The notes beneath the pieces were generated by a model, which did not search any database, was not told where the DNA came from, and worked only from the letters and a program-made list of their open reading frames with translations. The translations under genes and the position numbers were made by a program. Positions 49,571-64,000 of a stretch of DNA of 64,000 bases are shown in pieces (position 1 is the stretch's first letter; every line of letters begins with the position of its first letter). This DNA is from Octopus sinensis (taxonomy: Eukaryota): NCBI RefSeq assembly GCF_006345805.1, contig NC_043020.1, positions 7,688,001 through 7,752,000 on the forward strand, given 5' to 3'.

Positions 49571-50459
49571 CAAGGTTTGATCAATAAGTATCCGGACTAT
49601 TGCCATAGCAACAAAGCTAAAGCCTGCAGTGTGAAGATGCTTGGCACAAGTTGACCTTGGACTCTGCTGTTCATGTGCACTAAGTTTTAACATTCTAGCT
49701 CACTTCCGCTTTTTACAACTGTGCTTGGAATGAAGGTGTGTAGTGTTTGCTCATCACATTGACCTTCACAGAGCATGTTGTCATGGTAATACCTACTCAG
49801 AGGCCTGCACAAAGCTGAAAGTGTATAGAGAGGAGTATATGAGCCACACACAAGTGTACGAGTGGTTCATACATTTCCAAGATGGCTGGAAAAATGTCAA
49901 TATTGACAAACATTTTGGGAGACCTGCAACCTATGGAACTGAGAAAAACATCACAGATGTGTGTGCAGCTGTGAGGGGAAATCATCGAATCACCATCCGT
50001 GAGTTATCAGAGGATGTGCAGATTTGTTACAGTTCAGTTCAGTCCATTATCACTGAAGATTTGGGTATGAGACGCATATCTGCCAAGTTTGTGCTATAAC
50101 TTGCTTTCAGCTGACTAAAAAGACACTCAGTTTTCAGTTGCACAAGATCTTGATTGTGTTGAGAACGATGAAAACCTTTTGAAAACTTTGCATTGGCCTC
50201 TGAACAGGTATCGCTAAGCTTTTGGCAAAATTTGATGCAGATTCTCTGCTCTACTTTCTCTGTCACGGTCAATGCAACAATCACACGCTACATACCTTCC
50301 TTCCAAGCACTGCTGTAAAGAGTGGAAGTGAGCTAGAGCATTAAAACTTAATGCACATATGCATCAGAGTTCAAGGTCAATCTGTGCCAAGTGGCTTCAC
50401 TCTGTGTACTTTAGCTTCATTACTATGGCAACGTCCAGCTACTTATTGACCAGACCATG
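49571..50459. mobile_element. Mariner derivative with two inverted 5' ends
   Basis: TA-flanked TIRs. The plus strand encodes the HTH region (QVYEWF...GRPAT...RITIRELSEDV...LGMRRISAKFV). The right end on the minus strand encodes EQRICIKFCQKL, i.e. another 5' end. Confidence 0.85.
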
Positions 50460-50884
50460 TATTATGTAGAGAGAGTGATTAACAATGACAATTCCAGTTT
50501 TTCAGTCAAGTTAACTGCCTTGTCTGTGATTTTTATTGTAGGAGGTTGAGTATTCCATATACATATGTACTCTTAATGTAATCCTTAGGTAGATTCAACA
50601 TAAGGTAGTGTCTGACAAAACTGGCCTTTTGAATTACAGCTTCACTGCATGCAGGCATGTCTTTTTAGTAAACAGATTTTTGCCTTGATTTGAAAATGGT
50701 TCAGCCACATTTTTCTCACTGAAGACAGAGAAATCAAATCAACTAGTTTCAGTGTCTTTCACTGCTTTATCAGGGATCAGTTACTCACTCCCTGACCTCA
50801 GAAATGTAGCCTATAGCTACTTGTATTGTTGTACACAATCTAACAATATTCCAGCTTCCAACATCTGTTGACACTTGAGGTTTA

Positions 50885-51240
50885 CAATTGAGTACTGATG
50901 TGCTGTTGCCACATCTGGGATGGTGCTGCTGCTATGAATATAGACATGTTGGGTTGCAACCAGAGAATAATCACTCATTTAATTGGGATTTAATCACTCA
51001 TGGATATGCTTTAGTCTCTGGCTCATAGGTGTGTTGCCGCCTCTGTGTGTCTTATCTATCACTGCTGCAATGGTTTCTATTCTTGGAGCTGTCTGACCTT
51101 CACAGCTCAGGTACTTAGTGCAGGCTCTAACCACTATTCCTAGCCCTTTCTCCCCAAAACATGAGCTCTCTGGAATCTTCTCCCTGCTTCTGTTACTTCT
51201 GTAAATGTTGGACCAGCAACTGTTTAAACATAATAGTAAT
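50885..51240 (+). mobile_element. Decayed Jockey/CR1-superclade LINE C-terminal fragment
   Basis: CHIWDGAA...NQR...LIG, L*SLAHRCVAASVCLIY..NG and FLPKT*ALWNLLP resemble HIWDGA, LQSLAHRR.VASL.LFYRYY.G and FFPRT..LWN.LP. Confidence 0.6.
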
Positions 51241-52000
51241 GGCATGAGACTTACTAGTCTCAGAGACCCTACATAGATCTTGGAGGGCCTACAAATATCC
51301 TAGGCAATGCCCCTTCCTCCAGACTCAAGAAGTAAAAAAAAAAACAAAAAAAAACTAAAACCTAAATTTGTCAGCCCTCATTTGCATAAAGTGCAATCCT
51401 TGACAATATGAATTAATTAATAGAAGTACTAAATGACATTTTTTGATGTGTAGAGATTTCAGATAGACTTTTGAGTATGTCTTTTTAGTTCTGATGTGAA
51501 AATAAGATTCTGTGATTAAACCAAGAGTTTTTCTCATGGAAAGTGACTTGTACTTGTTATGCAAAATATCCTGAAGTGCTTCTATTAATTATCCACGTTC
51601 TCAACACTTCTACTATTATGTAAGTCAGGCCAGACTGATAAACTAAGGAGCAAGGACAGGTAAAGTTAGATTCTATCAGGATTTGATATCTGGATATAGA
51701 GGAATAAAACTCTAGACTATTATTCTCATATTCCTACCTCTCTGCCATCCTGAAAGGGATATCTTTCACGGATTTGTGCTGGGAGCTGGTAGAATTGTTA
51801 GAGCATCATAAAAAAATTACTGTGTGTTCTGATTTTTAAAATTCTGAGTTCAAATCCTGACATGGTCAACTTTGCCTTTCACCCCTTCATGGTCAATAGG
51901 TTAAATAATCAGTCTAGTACTGGGGCCAATGGTATTGACTAATTCCCATCCTTCAAAACTCCTGGTCTTGTGGCTAAATTAGAAACAGGAAAAATAATCC

Positions 52001-52344
52001 AGAATCCTTGTCTGGTATCGGATCGATCCAAAAATCTAATCAGTTTGTAGCAGTTACAAAGCCAAATATCCATGAAAGTTTCATCTGAATCCATCCGGCG
52101 GTTCTTGAAATATCTTGTCCATGGACAAACAAACAAACAATCACGACTGATAACAATACCTCTGCCTTAGCAAAGGTGGAGGTATTGTTTTCAGTCATGT
52201 TTGTTTGCTTGTTGTTTTGTCCATGGACAAGATATCCCAAGAACTACTGGATGGATTTGGATGAAACTTTCAGAGATGTTTGACCTCATGACTGGCAGAA
52301 ACTGATTATATTTTGGGATTGATCCAGTACTGGACAAGGATTCT
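52001..52344. mobile_element. Two inverted copies of a Helentron/DINE-like element sharing a central hairpin
   Basis: About 170-bp diverged arms around AATACCTCTGCCTT-AGCA-AAGGTGGAGGTATT; (AAAC)n in each arm. Confidence 0.65.
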
Positions 52345-53051
52345 AGCTTATTTGTTATATTTACTTAGCAACATTTCATCCGTCTGTACGTTCTGAGTTC
52401 AAATTCTGCTGAGGTTGACTTTGCTGTTCATCCTTTCGGGGTTGATGAAATAAGAACCAGTTATGCATTGGGATCAATGTAGCCGACTGGTCCCCTCCCC
52501 CTAAAGTTTCAAGTTGTGCCTATAGTTGAAAGGATTATTATTAATAAATGTTTGGTGTTGTTGTGAGAGCGGTTGTGGTAACAGCAACTGTGATGGCTGT
52601 AGTGATAGTTATGGTGGCAGTGGTGCTGTGGTGGAGGGTGTTGTGGTGGTGGTGGTGATGGTGGTGGTTGTGGTGATGTTGATGATGCTGATGGTAATGA
52701 TGTGTGATGATGGTGGTCATTGTCTGCTCTGTTGTCTTAACAAAAATGTTGGCTGGGGAATATTTTGTTGCGAAATGTCAGACTTAGTTTCTTTTAAAAG
52801 ATAAATCGAGAAGACAAACTACAAAGAAACCAACTTAGAAGAAGTAGAAGAAGAAGAAGGAAAGGAAGTAGTGGTGGTAGTTGTAGTGGTGGTGGTAGTG
52901 GTGGTAGTAGACAAAAGAAGAAAATATGAAAGGAAGCAGGGATGGCAGCGAGTCTAAATGTGAAGAGCACTAAATAAATGGCAATAGAAAATTGAAGAGA
53001 GAAAGAGAGCGAGCAGATATATATATAAACTATTTCTTATATCACACACCA

Positions 53052-55275
<2,224 letters not shown>

Positions 55276-55880
55276 GAAGTATACATACAAACACATACAC
55301 GCATGTATGTGTAGCCAGGTCCACATTCAGAACTATTGACAAGTCACCATTAACTTGCTTTGTTCACATTTACAATAATTTATCATCATCATCATCATCA
55401 TCGTCATCATCATTATTATTATTATTATTCGCTACTTTCTAATGCTTCATTCTGCTATGTGAGAGTTTGTTGACTTCCTTTTCTTCCAGTTCTGCTAATA
55501 TTCCTATATTTATGATTAGGAAAAACAAAAAGTCACAACAACAAACAAAAAAAAAACCACCCCCTCCTCTCTCCACCTATATCATTTACTTATATGCATA
55601 TTTACTTATATAAATATATATCTATATGTCAGGGATGTGCTGTATGAAAAGGTGAAGTAGGAGTATTGTTTACTCTGATTTTTATTGTTTAGCCAGGAAG
55701 GAAGAGCAATATCCACAACCCCTTTTCAGGGTCTCTGAAACTGTTGGGACTGAGGTAGGACAGTATCCTGAAACTGGTGACCTGGCTTGAATGCTTGCAA
55801 TAGGGTGGAGTCCTGTTAAAGGCATCTAAGGATCACCAACTGGCCCTTGGGTACCTTAAGTGGAGGATGACTTTACATGC

Positions 55881-55943
<63 letters not shown>

Positions 55944-55964
55944 CCTACCTATCTATCTATCTAC

Positions 55965-56015
<51 letters not shown>

Positions 56016-56016
56016 C

Positions 56017-56067
<51 letters not shown>

Positions 56068-56085
56068 CCTACCAACCTACCTACC
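55881..56085. repeat. (CTAT)n/(CTAC)n tetranucleotide array
   Basis: Direct reading. Confidence 0.97.
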
Positions 56086-56263
56086 TAAGACCCACCCACC
56101 CACTGAAACAGCGTAGTTGGGAAGCAAACTACACAACCACGTATGCTAGTACACCTCTACCTAACCACACCTGTGTGTAGCTGCATGTTATATATATGCA
56201 TGTATATGTATACACACACACACACACATACATATATATATATGAATGTGTGTATGTATATAT

Positions 56264-56645
56264 AGAGTAGCTGTGTGCCAAGTAGCTTGCTTACCAACCA
56301 CATGGTTCCGGGTTCAGTCCCACTGCGTGGTACCTTGGGCAAGTGTCCTCTACTATAGCCTCGGGCCGACCAAAGCCATGTAAGTAGATTTGGTAGACAG
56401 AAACTGAAAGAAGCCCGTTGTATATATGTATATATATGTGTGTGTATGTTTGTCCCCCCAACATTGCATGACAACCGATGCCGGTGTGTTTGTATCCCTG
56501 TAACTTAGCGGTTCAGCAAAAGTGACCGATAGAATAAGTGCAAGGCTTACAAAGAATAAGTCCTGGGGTCGATTTGCTCGACTAAAGGCAGTGCTCCAGC
56601 ATGGCTGCAGTCAAATGACTGAGACAAGTAAAAGAGAGAGTAAAA
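56264..56645 (+). mobile_element. SINE family A, full-length copy
   Basis: Complete head to tail. Confidence 0.9.
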
Positions 56646-57123
56646 GATATATATATATACATAGGTAGATAGATAAGATTACTATTTTATACTCTCAAAT
56701 ATATTTCTCTTAAAGATAGTTTAATCACAAGAAGGAAACACATACAAGATGTACATACACACACAGTCAAAAGACAAATGCACACTGCTCGCTGTGTAAT
56801 GTCTTTCACTTCAATATCTGCCTTTATATTCTATAATATCTGTATTGTACTCCTCTAGTCGTGGTATAAGTGATTAATATTTTCACACTTTGTGTCTCCA
56901 TTGACCTTGAAATGCTGTAGATATTGTGCCAGTTGAACATCAAAATAATAAATGCTCACTGAATTATGAGTTCCATGCAATAAATTAGCATTTTACAGTT
57001 TGTATTTATAGTTTTTTAATATAGTGAAATGGCAGCAGAGTTAATAGAATTTCAAATAGAAAGCTATGTGATGTTTGTCCCAGTTTTCTGCTTTGATGTA
57101 TTATATATATATATATATTATAT

Positions 57124-57154
<31 letters not shown>

Positions 57155-57361
57155 CTCATCATCATCGTCATCGTTTAATGTCTGCTTTCCATGCTAGTAT
57201 TGGTTGGACGGTTTGACTGAGGGCTGGCAAACCAGATGGCTGCACCAGGCTCCAGTTTTGATCTGGCAATGTTTCTACAGCTGGATGCCCTTCCTAATGC
57301 CAACCACTCCGAGAGTGTAGTGGATGCTTTTTCCTATATATATATATATATATATTATATA

Positions 57362-57395
<34 letters not shown>

Positions 57396-57725
57396 ATATA
57401 TATTGGGATGGCCCGATAATTGACATCCGAAACTCGGAGTTTTATCATGGCTACCGAATAATTATCACATATCATATTACAGATAGATATATATATACAC
57501 ACACAGACACATATATATGTACATACATACACACATTTTATATGTACATATATGTACATATATATATATATATATATATAATATGTATAAGGGTGTATAT
57601 ATATAACACACACATATATTATATATATATATGTATAAGGTGTGTATATATATACACACACATATATATATATATATATATAATACACACATATATATTA
57701 TATATATACACACATATATACATAC

Positions 57726-57771
<46 letters not shown>

Positions 57772-58475
57772 GCATACATATATACATACACACACACACA
57801 TATAAATATACACACACATGCATACATACAAATAGTTATATGGTTGTGAAAAATGGGAAAACTATAAAACCAGACAAGTAACATCTCCATCAATGATTTT
57901 TTCTGTTTCCCCTGTATCTGAATAGGAATGTTACAGGTGTCTAGGGGTGAAAGAAAATATATCTTACAACGGCACCTATAAAAAAACACGTGTCACTAAA
58001 GAATATTGCAGCTGAATAAAGAAAATTTGTACCTCAGAACTCACACGTATACACTTACATGTGCATACACACACATATATAACATACATATATATTTAAT
58101 GATTATCATATTAATAAATAATGTTTATACCTGACTCTGAGTCTAAATAAATAGACCGATACTCATCAGATGTCCAAGTTATTGTTGTAGGTGGAGCACA
58201 GAAATATGGCATTTACAAATATTCTGTGCGCAAAATTTTATATGAAAATAAACAAAAGACATGAAAGGAAAGATGGAGAGTGGACCTGCCTCACTTAGTC
58301 TGTCCTTTTTCTCTATTCATCTACAGTTCTCTCTTCCCTCTCTCTACACTTAAAACTTTCTGTCTTCTCACCTCTTTTCTGTTTCTTGGCATTTGAATTC
58401 GTCTCTGGTCTTTCCTGTTATCAGAGAAATATCTCAGTCCTTAACCATGAAATACTGCTTGTACACTGTTGCCTC

Positions 58476-58835
58476 TTAATAATAATAATGATAATAATAA
58501 TAATAATGATAATGATAATAATAATAATTAATTCTTTTTTATTGGCCACAAGGGCTGACACGCATGATTTGAAACATGAAGGGACAAGACAGGACGAATG
58601 GTTACAAAGGGTTTTGTCCGTTTGTTAAAAAATCCGAGTAAAAACTGTATAACAATAATTATAAAACAATGAAAAACTCCCAAAAGGGGGAGGCGTTACG
58701 AAAGGTTCCTGGTGGGAAAAAACCCTATAAAAGCCAACGGGAGCCTGGTCAAAAAAGGGGTGTAGAGAGTCCCTTTTTTCTCCTTTTATATTACCCTTTT
58801 GAAATCACAGGCGAAACCTGAGAACTGGTCCATTT
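58476..58835 (-). mobile_element. Probable LINE 3' end with AATAAA and (ATT)n tail
   Basis: Minus strand reads CGTCCTGTCTTGTCCCTTCATGTTTC...AGCCCTTGTGGCCAATAAAAAAGAATT(ATT)n. No coding part recognised. Confidence 0.5.
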
Positions 58836-59159
58836 AATATTAATTCATTTCTTCAACAAAAAAAAAATACAAACAGACTTTGCTGAAAAAATTTTGCAAG
58901 GAGAAATTTCTTAGCAAGCACATCTTTGCTGTGTTTGACCTAAATGCAAAACTTTCACATCTGATGAGCATAAATTGATCAGCTGTACATGAAACCTGGA
59001 ATCATGTGTTATCGTTTGTTAGTATTATCAGCAATAAACTATCTTATACTGCTTCCCTAGTGTCATATAGTTATGTGCTCATTTTTTTACTCACTAAGAA
59101 AATACTGATTGTGTGTGTATGTATATATGTGTGTGTGTATATATATGTATGTATTTGTT

Positions 59160-59213
<54 letters not shown>

Positions 59214-59395
59214 CATCCATGTATGTATATATGTATGTTTATATGTGAGTATATATATCTGTATATTATTGTACATGTATACATGTGTGTATATATGATA
59301 TATATTTTTATATATTTATTATATAAATATATATCACCTCTTAATTTTGTTTTTCTTTATATTGTCTTTTATTTTTATGAATTTTATTCTCTCAC

Positions 59396-59443
<48 letters not shown>

Positions 59444-59767
59444 ATCTCATACACACACACATACCCACACATTTCCAGAATCTTCCTGCAGACATTCCAC
59501 ACCTTTATGCATCAATCTGTTTCCATCTCGTCTGCGAGCTTACTCATTTTTTTTGTTTGTAAATTGCCCATTTCACTATGGAGTCACTTGTTGTTCTATC
59601 GCTGACATCAAAGAGTTCTTTACTGGGAATTTTGTACTATCTCCTATATATACGTTTAAAAAAAAAAAATTTTATTCATTTATTCTTCTTCCATTCTGTT
59701 GAATGTTTTTGCACTATTGGAGAGAGACAGAAACTTCTATTTAAGCTTTCTACTCACACACACACAT

Positions 59768-59802
<35 letters not shown>

Positions 59803-60429
59803 CACACACACTCACACGCACACACACATCCGAAAATGCTTAGAAATATCCACCTAATAAATCGAACCTTCTATTTATAGATTTTGTGTTTTTCTTCTCA
59901 AAGATGTGAGCTCTGTCTCATATAATTTTCACTCCTGGTTGTTTGTGTCTCCCTTCATTTCTGATATAGATGTCACTGCTCACGTTTCTGCTTTTGAGTA
60001 CCGAGAATTCCAGAAGAATCAGCTAGCTATAAAACTATTCCATCTTTAACCTTTCAGTGCTTCTACTTGTCCTTCCCTGTCTCCTTTGAGCCACTTCCTA
60101 TTGGCACCCATTCCTCATCTGTAACCACTGTCCCCATATCTACCTTTGACCACTCTGGTCAACACATACTACATTCTCTTCTGTGAAACCTCAGACCACC
60201 TCCCATGTACTGCTGACCTCTTCCCACATACTTCTGATCACCTCCTACCTGCTTCTCACCCCCTCCCATCTATCACTGAACACCACCTACCTACCTACCT
60301 ACCTGCCTCCGATCACCTCCTACCAACTTCTGACTACCCCCGCCATTTACCTCTGATTACCTCCTACCTACCCCACTGGTTGAGTGTATTAATGAAATCC
60401 ATACCTGCATTTGTGAAACATGAAGGAAA

Positions 60430-60755
60430 CAAAATCTTACTGCACACACACACGCACACACACACACACACAACCACACACACACACACACTCAGATGCA
60501 CACACACACTCATGTGCGCGCTTGTGTACACATACACACACACACACGTGCACGCTTGTGTACACATACACAACACACACTCAGACACACACACACACAT
60601 GTGCGCGCTTGTGTACACATACACACTCACACACACACACCACCACACACACACGTGCACGCTTGTGTACATACACACACACACACACTCAGATACACAC
60701 TCACACACTCAGACACACACACACACGTGCGCGCTTGTGTACACATACACACACA
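60430..60755. repeat. CA-rich minisatellite with GC(G/A)CGCTTGTGTACACATAC anchors
   Basis: Five anchor copies. Confidence 0.85.
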
Positions 60756-61833
60756 TAGTGAAATGTCTTCTTAGCAGGTAGGAGTGGATTCGCATCAAAG
60801 AGTAATGACCAACTAGATTGCTATCCAGGTAATATTGTCTGTAGAAGAAGGGATTATGACAATGAATGTTGCATATTAACATCTGAGTTCTGCTATAGCC
60901 TGGGAAACCTCACATCAGAGAATCCTCCCCATGCATTCCAGGAGAGCACTGTTTAGATCTTTCCACAGTCTGTCATTCACTGTTAGCAATGTCCGGCAAG
61001 GGAGATAAACTCCTATCTATAAAACTAATAGTACATCTCAGAATATCATAAGCTTTGTAAATAAATTATATCACTGTGTGTGTGTGGACACAATCAATTT
61101 TGTGGGAAGAAGGTTACAGTTAGTCATACCAACTTCTTCGTTCAACCGGAACTTGGTTTTATCTGTGGGGTTTGAGGTCATAACATACCAGTGAAGTAAA
61201 TATTAACTCAACAAAAAAGAAAAAAGAAAAAAGAGAATGAAAATCACAGCAGTCATTACTTCATTGCTTCTTCTACAAACCTGTTTCCATTCATTCATAC
61301 TTTCCCAGGTCTACTTCACTCACTCATTGGCTTGCTACTTGAAATGAAAATGTAAAGGTCACAGTTACCTTTGACTGTAGGTTTACTTATTCAGAGCTCA
61401 CCTTAGGCCGAACTGCCAACTAACTAGCATAATTTGGTGTCTGTGTTATCTAGAAATTTCTTTATTTGTCCATTTGTTTTTTGTTTTTTTACGTCTGTTT
61501 TCTTTTTTTTTTTCATGATAGCATGAGTTAGATGAGTAATATTATTGAGGCATTGTTCTACTACCAGATGCTTTTCCTGTTGTTAACCCTTACCTGTTTC
61601 TCAGATAATGGATCTTTTATTCCACATTTCCTTCATAGGTTCAATGTCGGTGAATGATTTGTTGATAAGAGATAACGACAATGTCACTGCTTGTAGCTCA
61701 GCAATTTTCAAAGAGGCACAAATGTTGACACACAGACACATGCATATACATGTGTGTGTGTGTGTTTGTGTATGCATCCATATGTATATGCATGTATGTG
61801 TGTGTGCATATAAATACATACATGCATACATAT

Positions 61834-61880
<47 letters not shown>

Positions 61881-62186
61881 TATATATGTATATATAAATG
61901 TATATATGTGTGTGTGTGTGTGTGGTGTGTCTTTGTGTCTGTGTTTGTCTCCCCATCCCTGCTTGACAATCGGTGTTGGTGTGTTTATGTTCCCGTAACC
62001 TAGCAGTTCGGCAAAAGAGACCAATAGAATAAGTACTAGGCTGAAAATACAATAAGTCCTGTGGTCAATTTGTTCAACGAAACAAACCCTTCGAGGCAGT
62101 GCTCCAGCATGGCTACAGTCAAACAACTGAAACAAGTAAAAGAATAAAAGAATATATATATACATACATACATACACATATATATA

Positions 62187-62322
62187 AAGTATAAGGTGTA
62201 TTATGAGCATTTATAGAACACAGTCTTATTTAAACTCAACAAATAATTAAAGATGGAGAAGAGAAGATGTTAAAAGTTTTTAGGACTGTGTTCTATAAAT
62301 GATCATAATACACCTTATACTT
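62187..62322. mobile_element. Fold-back MITE with 39-bp TIRs
   Basis: 62187-62225 matches the reverse complement of 62284-62322 at 38 of 39 positions; TA context. Confidence 0.8.
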
Positions 62323-62466
62323 GTAAAATTTTCATATTTTAAATAAATACTTGCAATAGTAAGCTACAAATTTGATATGAAGAATCTTTATTAGAAATCT
62401 AACTTTGGACCTTCCAAAGTAAAAAGGATAAAATTAAGCTCAACCTTTCTCATATCTATATCTATA

Positions 62467-62863
62467 TCTTTATATATAAAAGAGAGGTTGTGTGTCTGTC
62501 TCCTACGATTTAGATTCCTAACTACTCCCACATTTTGCGGTGCAGTTTAACCAAAAGCGGGTATCTTATAGTCGTGATTCATATTGAGCCCTTATGGGTA
62601 TTAGCGCACGTCTATGATGAGTCTACGATTTAAAAAAAAATTTACCATCATTTTTGTCCATTTTAATGCATTTTTTCGCTATTATATAAGGGAAGTAACT
62701 CTCTAAAAATGTCTACGATGAGTCAACGATTTAAAAAAATAATTACCATCATTTTTTTTCCATTTTTAATGCATTTTTTGCTATTTTTTGGCTATAACTC
62801 TCTAAAAATGCTTATATAGTTATTTCCCTTACAAACCCGAGCAACGCTGAGCAATACTGCTAG
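62467..62863 (+). mobile_element. Non-autonomous Helitron with an internal ~110-bp duplication
   Basis: A|TC start, CTAG|T end; TCTA(C/T)GATGAGTC.ACGATTTAAAAAAA...ACCATCATTTTT occurs twice. Confidence 0.85.
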
Positions 62864-63637
62864 TCTATATATATATATATATATAGGTCCTCAATAACCT
62901 ACAACTTCTCTTCATTAGCTAATCACTTTATAGTGTGACCTATAGGTCATCAAGTCATCAATTGCAGCTGTGCAGACTTAAGTGGTATGAAGTGAAATGC
63001 CTTGCTCAATCCAGGAAATGAACCCACAACCTTATGATCACATAGCAAACACCTAAACACCAACATACATGTCTTGACAACTAATTAACACAATTGGAAA
63101 ATTGGACATGTAGTCGAGATTGGATTCTTGTTGATGTGAAATGAAAATGAAAATATTGGATGTATTGGAGTAACTGGACTATAAACTGACCTTGCCTGTG
63201 CTTGTGTCACATAAAAAGCACTAAGTCCACTCTACTGGGTGGCTGGTGTTAGCTAGGGCATCCAGTTGCAAAAATCCTGGTGCAGGCTTCTACCCATCTG
63301 GCTCCTGCCAAACTGTCCCACCCATGCCAGCATGGAAGGCAGATATTAAACAGTGATGATGATGTTGATATATTATTGAATATGCTTTTCTTGATCTAGT
63401 ATATTTTGGCCAAAACTTTCCTAACATTTGCTAAAATCTCTTTTGCTGGCTTATCATCAGTTAGTTTCTCTGTGTAACACTATGTATTTACATATATTTC
63501 CATATAACATTTATCTATTTACATATATGTTGTATAACCAAGATTTTTCCTTTAACCTTTGTATGTGTAGTCAATTCCATTTACATTCCCCCCACCACCA
63601 CACTCTTACATTTCATCCCCTAACACCCAAAAAGCAC

Positions 63638-64000
63638 AGGTGATGGTGCCACATATAAAAGCCCTGGTGATGGTACCATGTAAAAAGTACAGGTGATGGT
63701 GCCACGTAAAAAGCACTGATGATGGTGCCACGTAAAAATCATTGGTGATTGTGCCACATATAAAAGCCCTGGTTATGGTGCCATGTAAAAAGCACTGATG
63801 ATGGTGCCACGTAAAAAGCATTGGTGATTGTGCCACATATAAAAGCCCTTGTGATGGTGCCATGTAAAAAGCACTGATGATGGTGCCATGTAAAAAGCAC
63901 TGATGATGGTGCCACGTAAAAAGCATTGGTGATTGTGCCACATAAAAAGCCCTTGTGATGGTGCCATGTAAAAAGCATTGGTGATTGTGCCACATATAAA
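63638..64000. repeat. 26/27-bp minisatellite with higher-order structure (runs off the window end)
   Basis: 13 full units and 1 partial unit of TG(G/A)TGAT(G/T)GTGCCA(CG/TG/CA)TA(T)AAAAGC(A/C)(C/T). Confidence 0.97.

Noticed and set aside
60146-60370. SDHLLP-repeat protein
   Set aside because: A degenerate CTTCTGATCACCTCCTACC tandem repeat running into a CA microsatellite; no splice or homology support.
61396-61402. Strong minus-strand donor AAG|GTGAGC
   Set aside because: The upstream frame is short and phase 2; such donors occur by chance and there is no other support.
63638-64000. CRISPR or iteron interpretation of the 26-bp repeats
   Set aside because: The units are contiguous with no spacers and derive from a retroelement motif.

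Overview
AT-rich, repeat-saturated animal genomic DNA, most likely intronic or intergenic sequence from an octopus (coleoid cephalopod). The taxon is inferred from recalled SINE/LINE families and was not checked by a database search. I could not confidently identify any host protein-coding gene. Almost all listed ORFs are translations of (TA)n, (CA)n, (ATC)n, (AAT)n or (CTT)n repeats. Content: dozens of tRNA-derived SINEs in three head families (here A, B, D) with interchangeable tails; a (GAT)n-tailed RTE-linked 3' repeat (family C); decayed LINE fragments (BovB-like RTE C-terminus, RTE reverse transcriptase, R4/Dong-like RLE endonuclease, Jockey/CR1-like C-terminus); mariner elements and a DD37D (maT) Tc1/mariner fragment; TTAA- and TA-flanked MITEs; three non-autonomous Helitrons; and many micro/minisatellites, including a ~2.2 kb TA array. 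The most unusual signals are: (i) many fold-back structures, namely near-perfect palindromes at 35754-35981 and 47053-47379, a diverged one at 52001-52344, a perfect 40-bp hairpin at 36793-36896, several hairpin MITEs, a double-left-end mariner and inverted SINE pairs; (ii) a consensus RFX X-box just inside the mariner 5' TIR; (iii) combinatorial SINE head/tail swapping and head-to-tail SINE arrays in (ATT)n; (iv) a higher-order minisatellite built from a retroelement motif and its two CpG-decay products; (v) weak evidence for phase-0 alternative first exons of an unidentified minus-strand gene.
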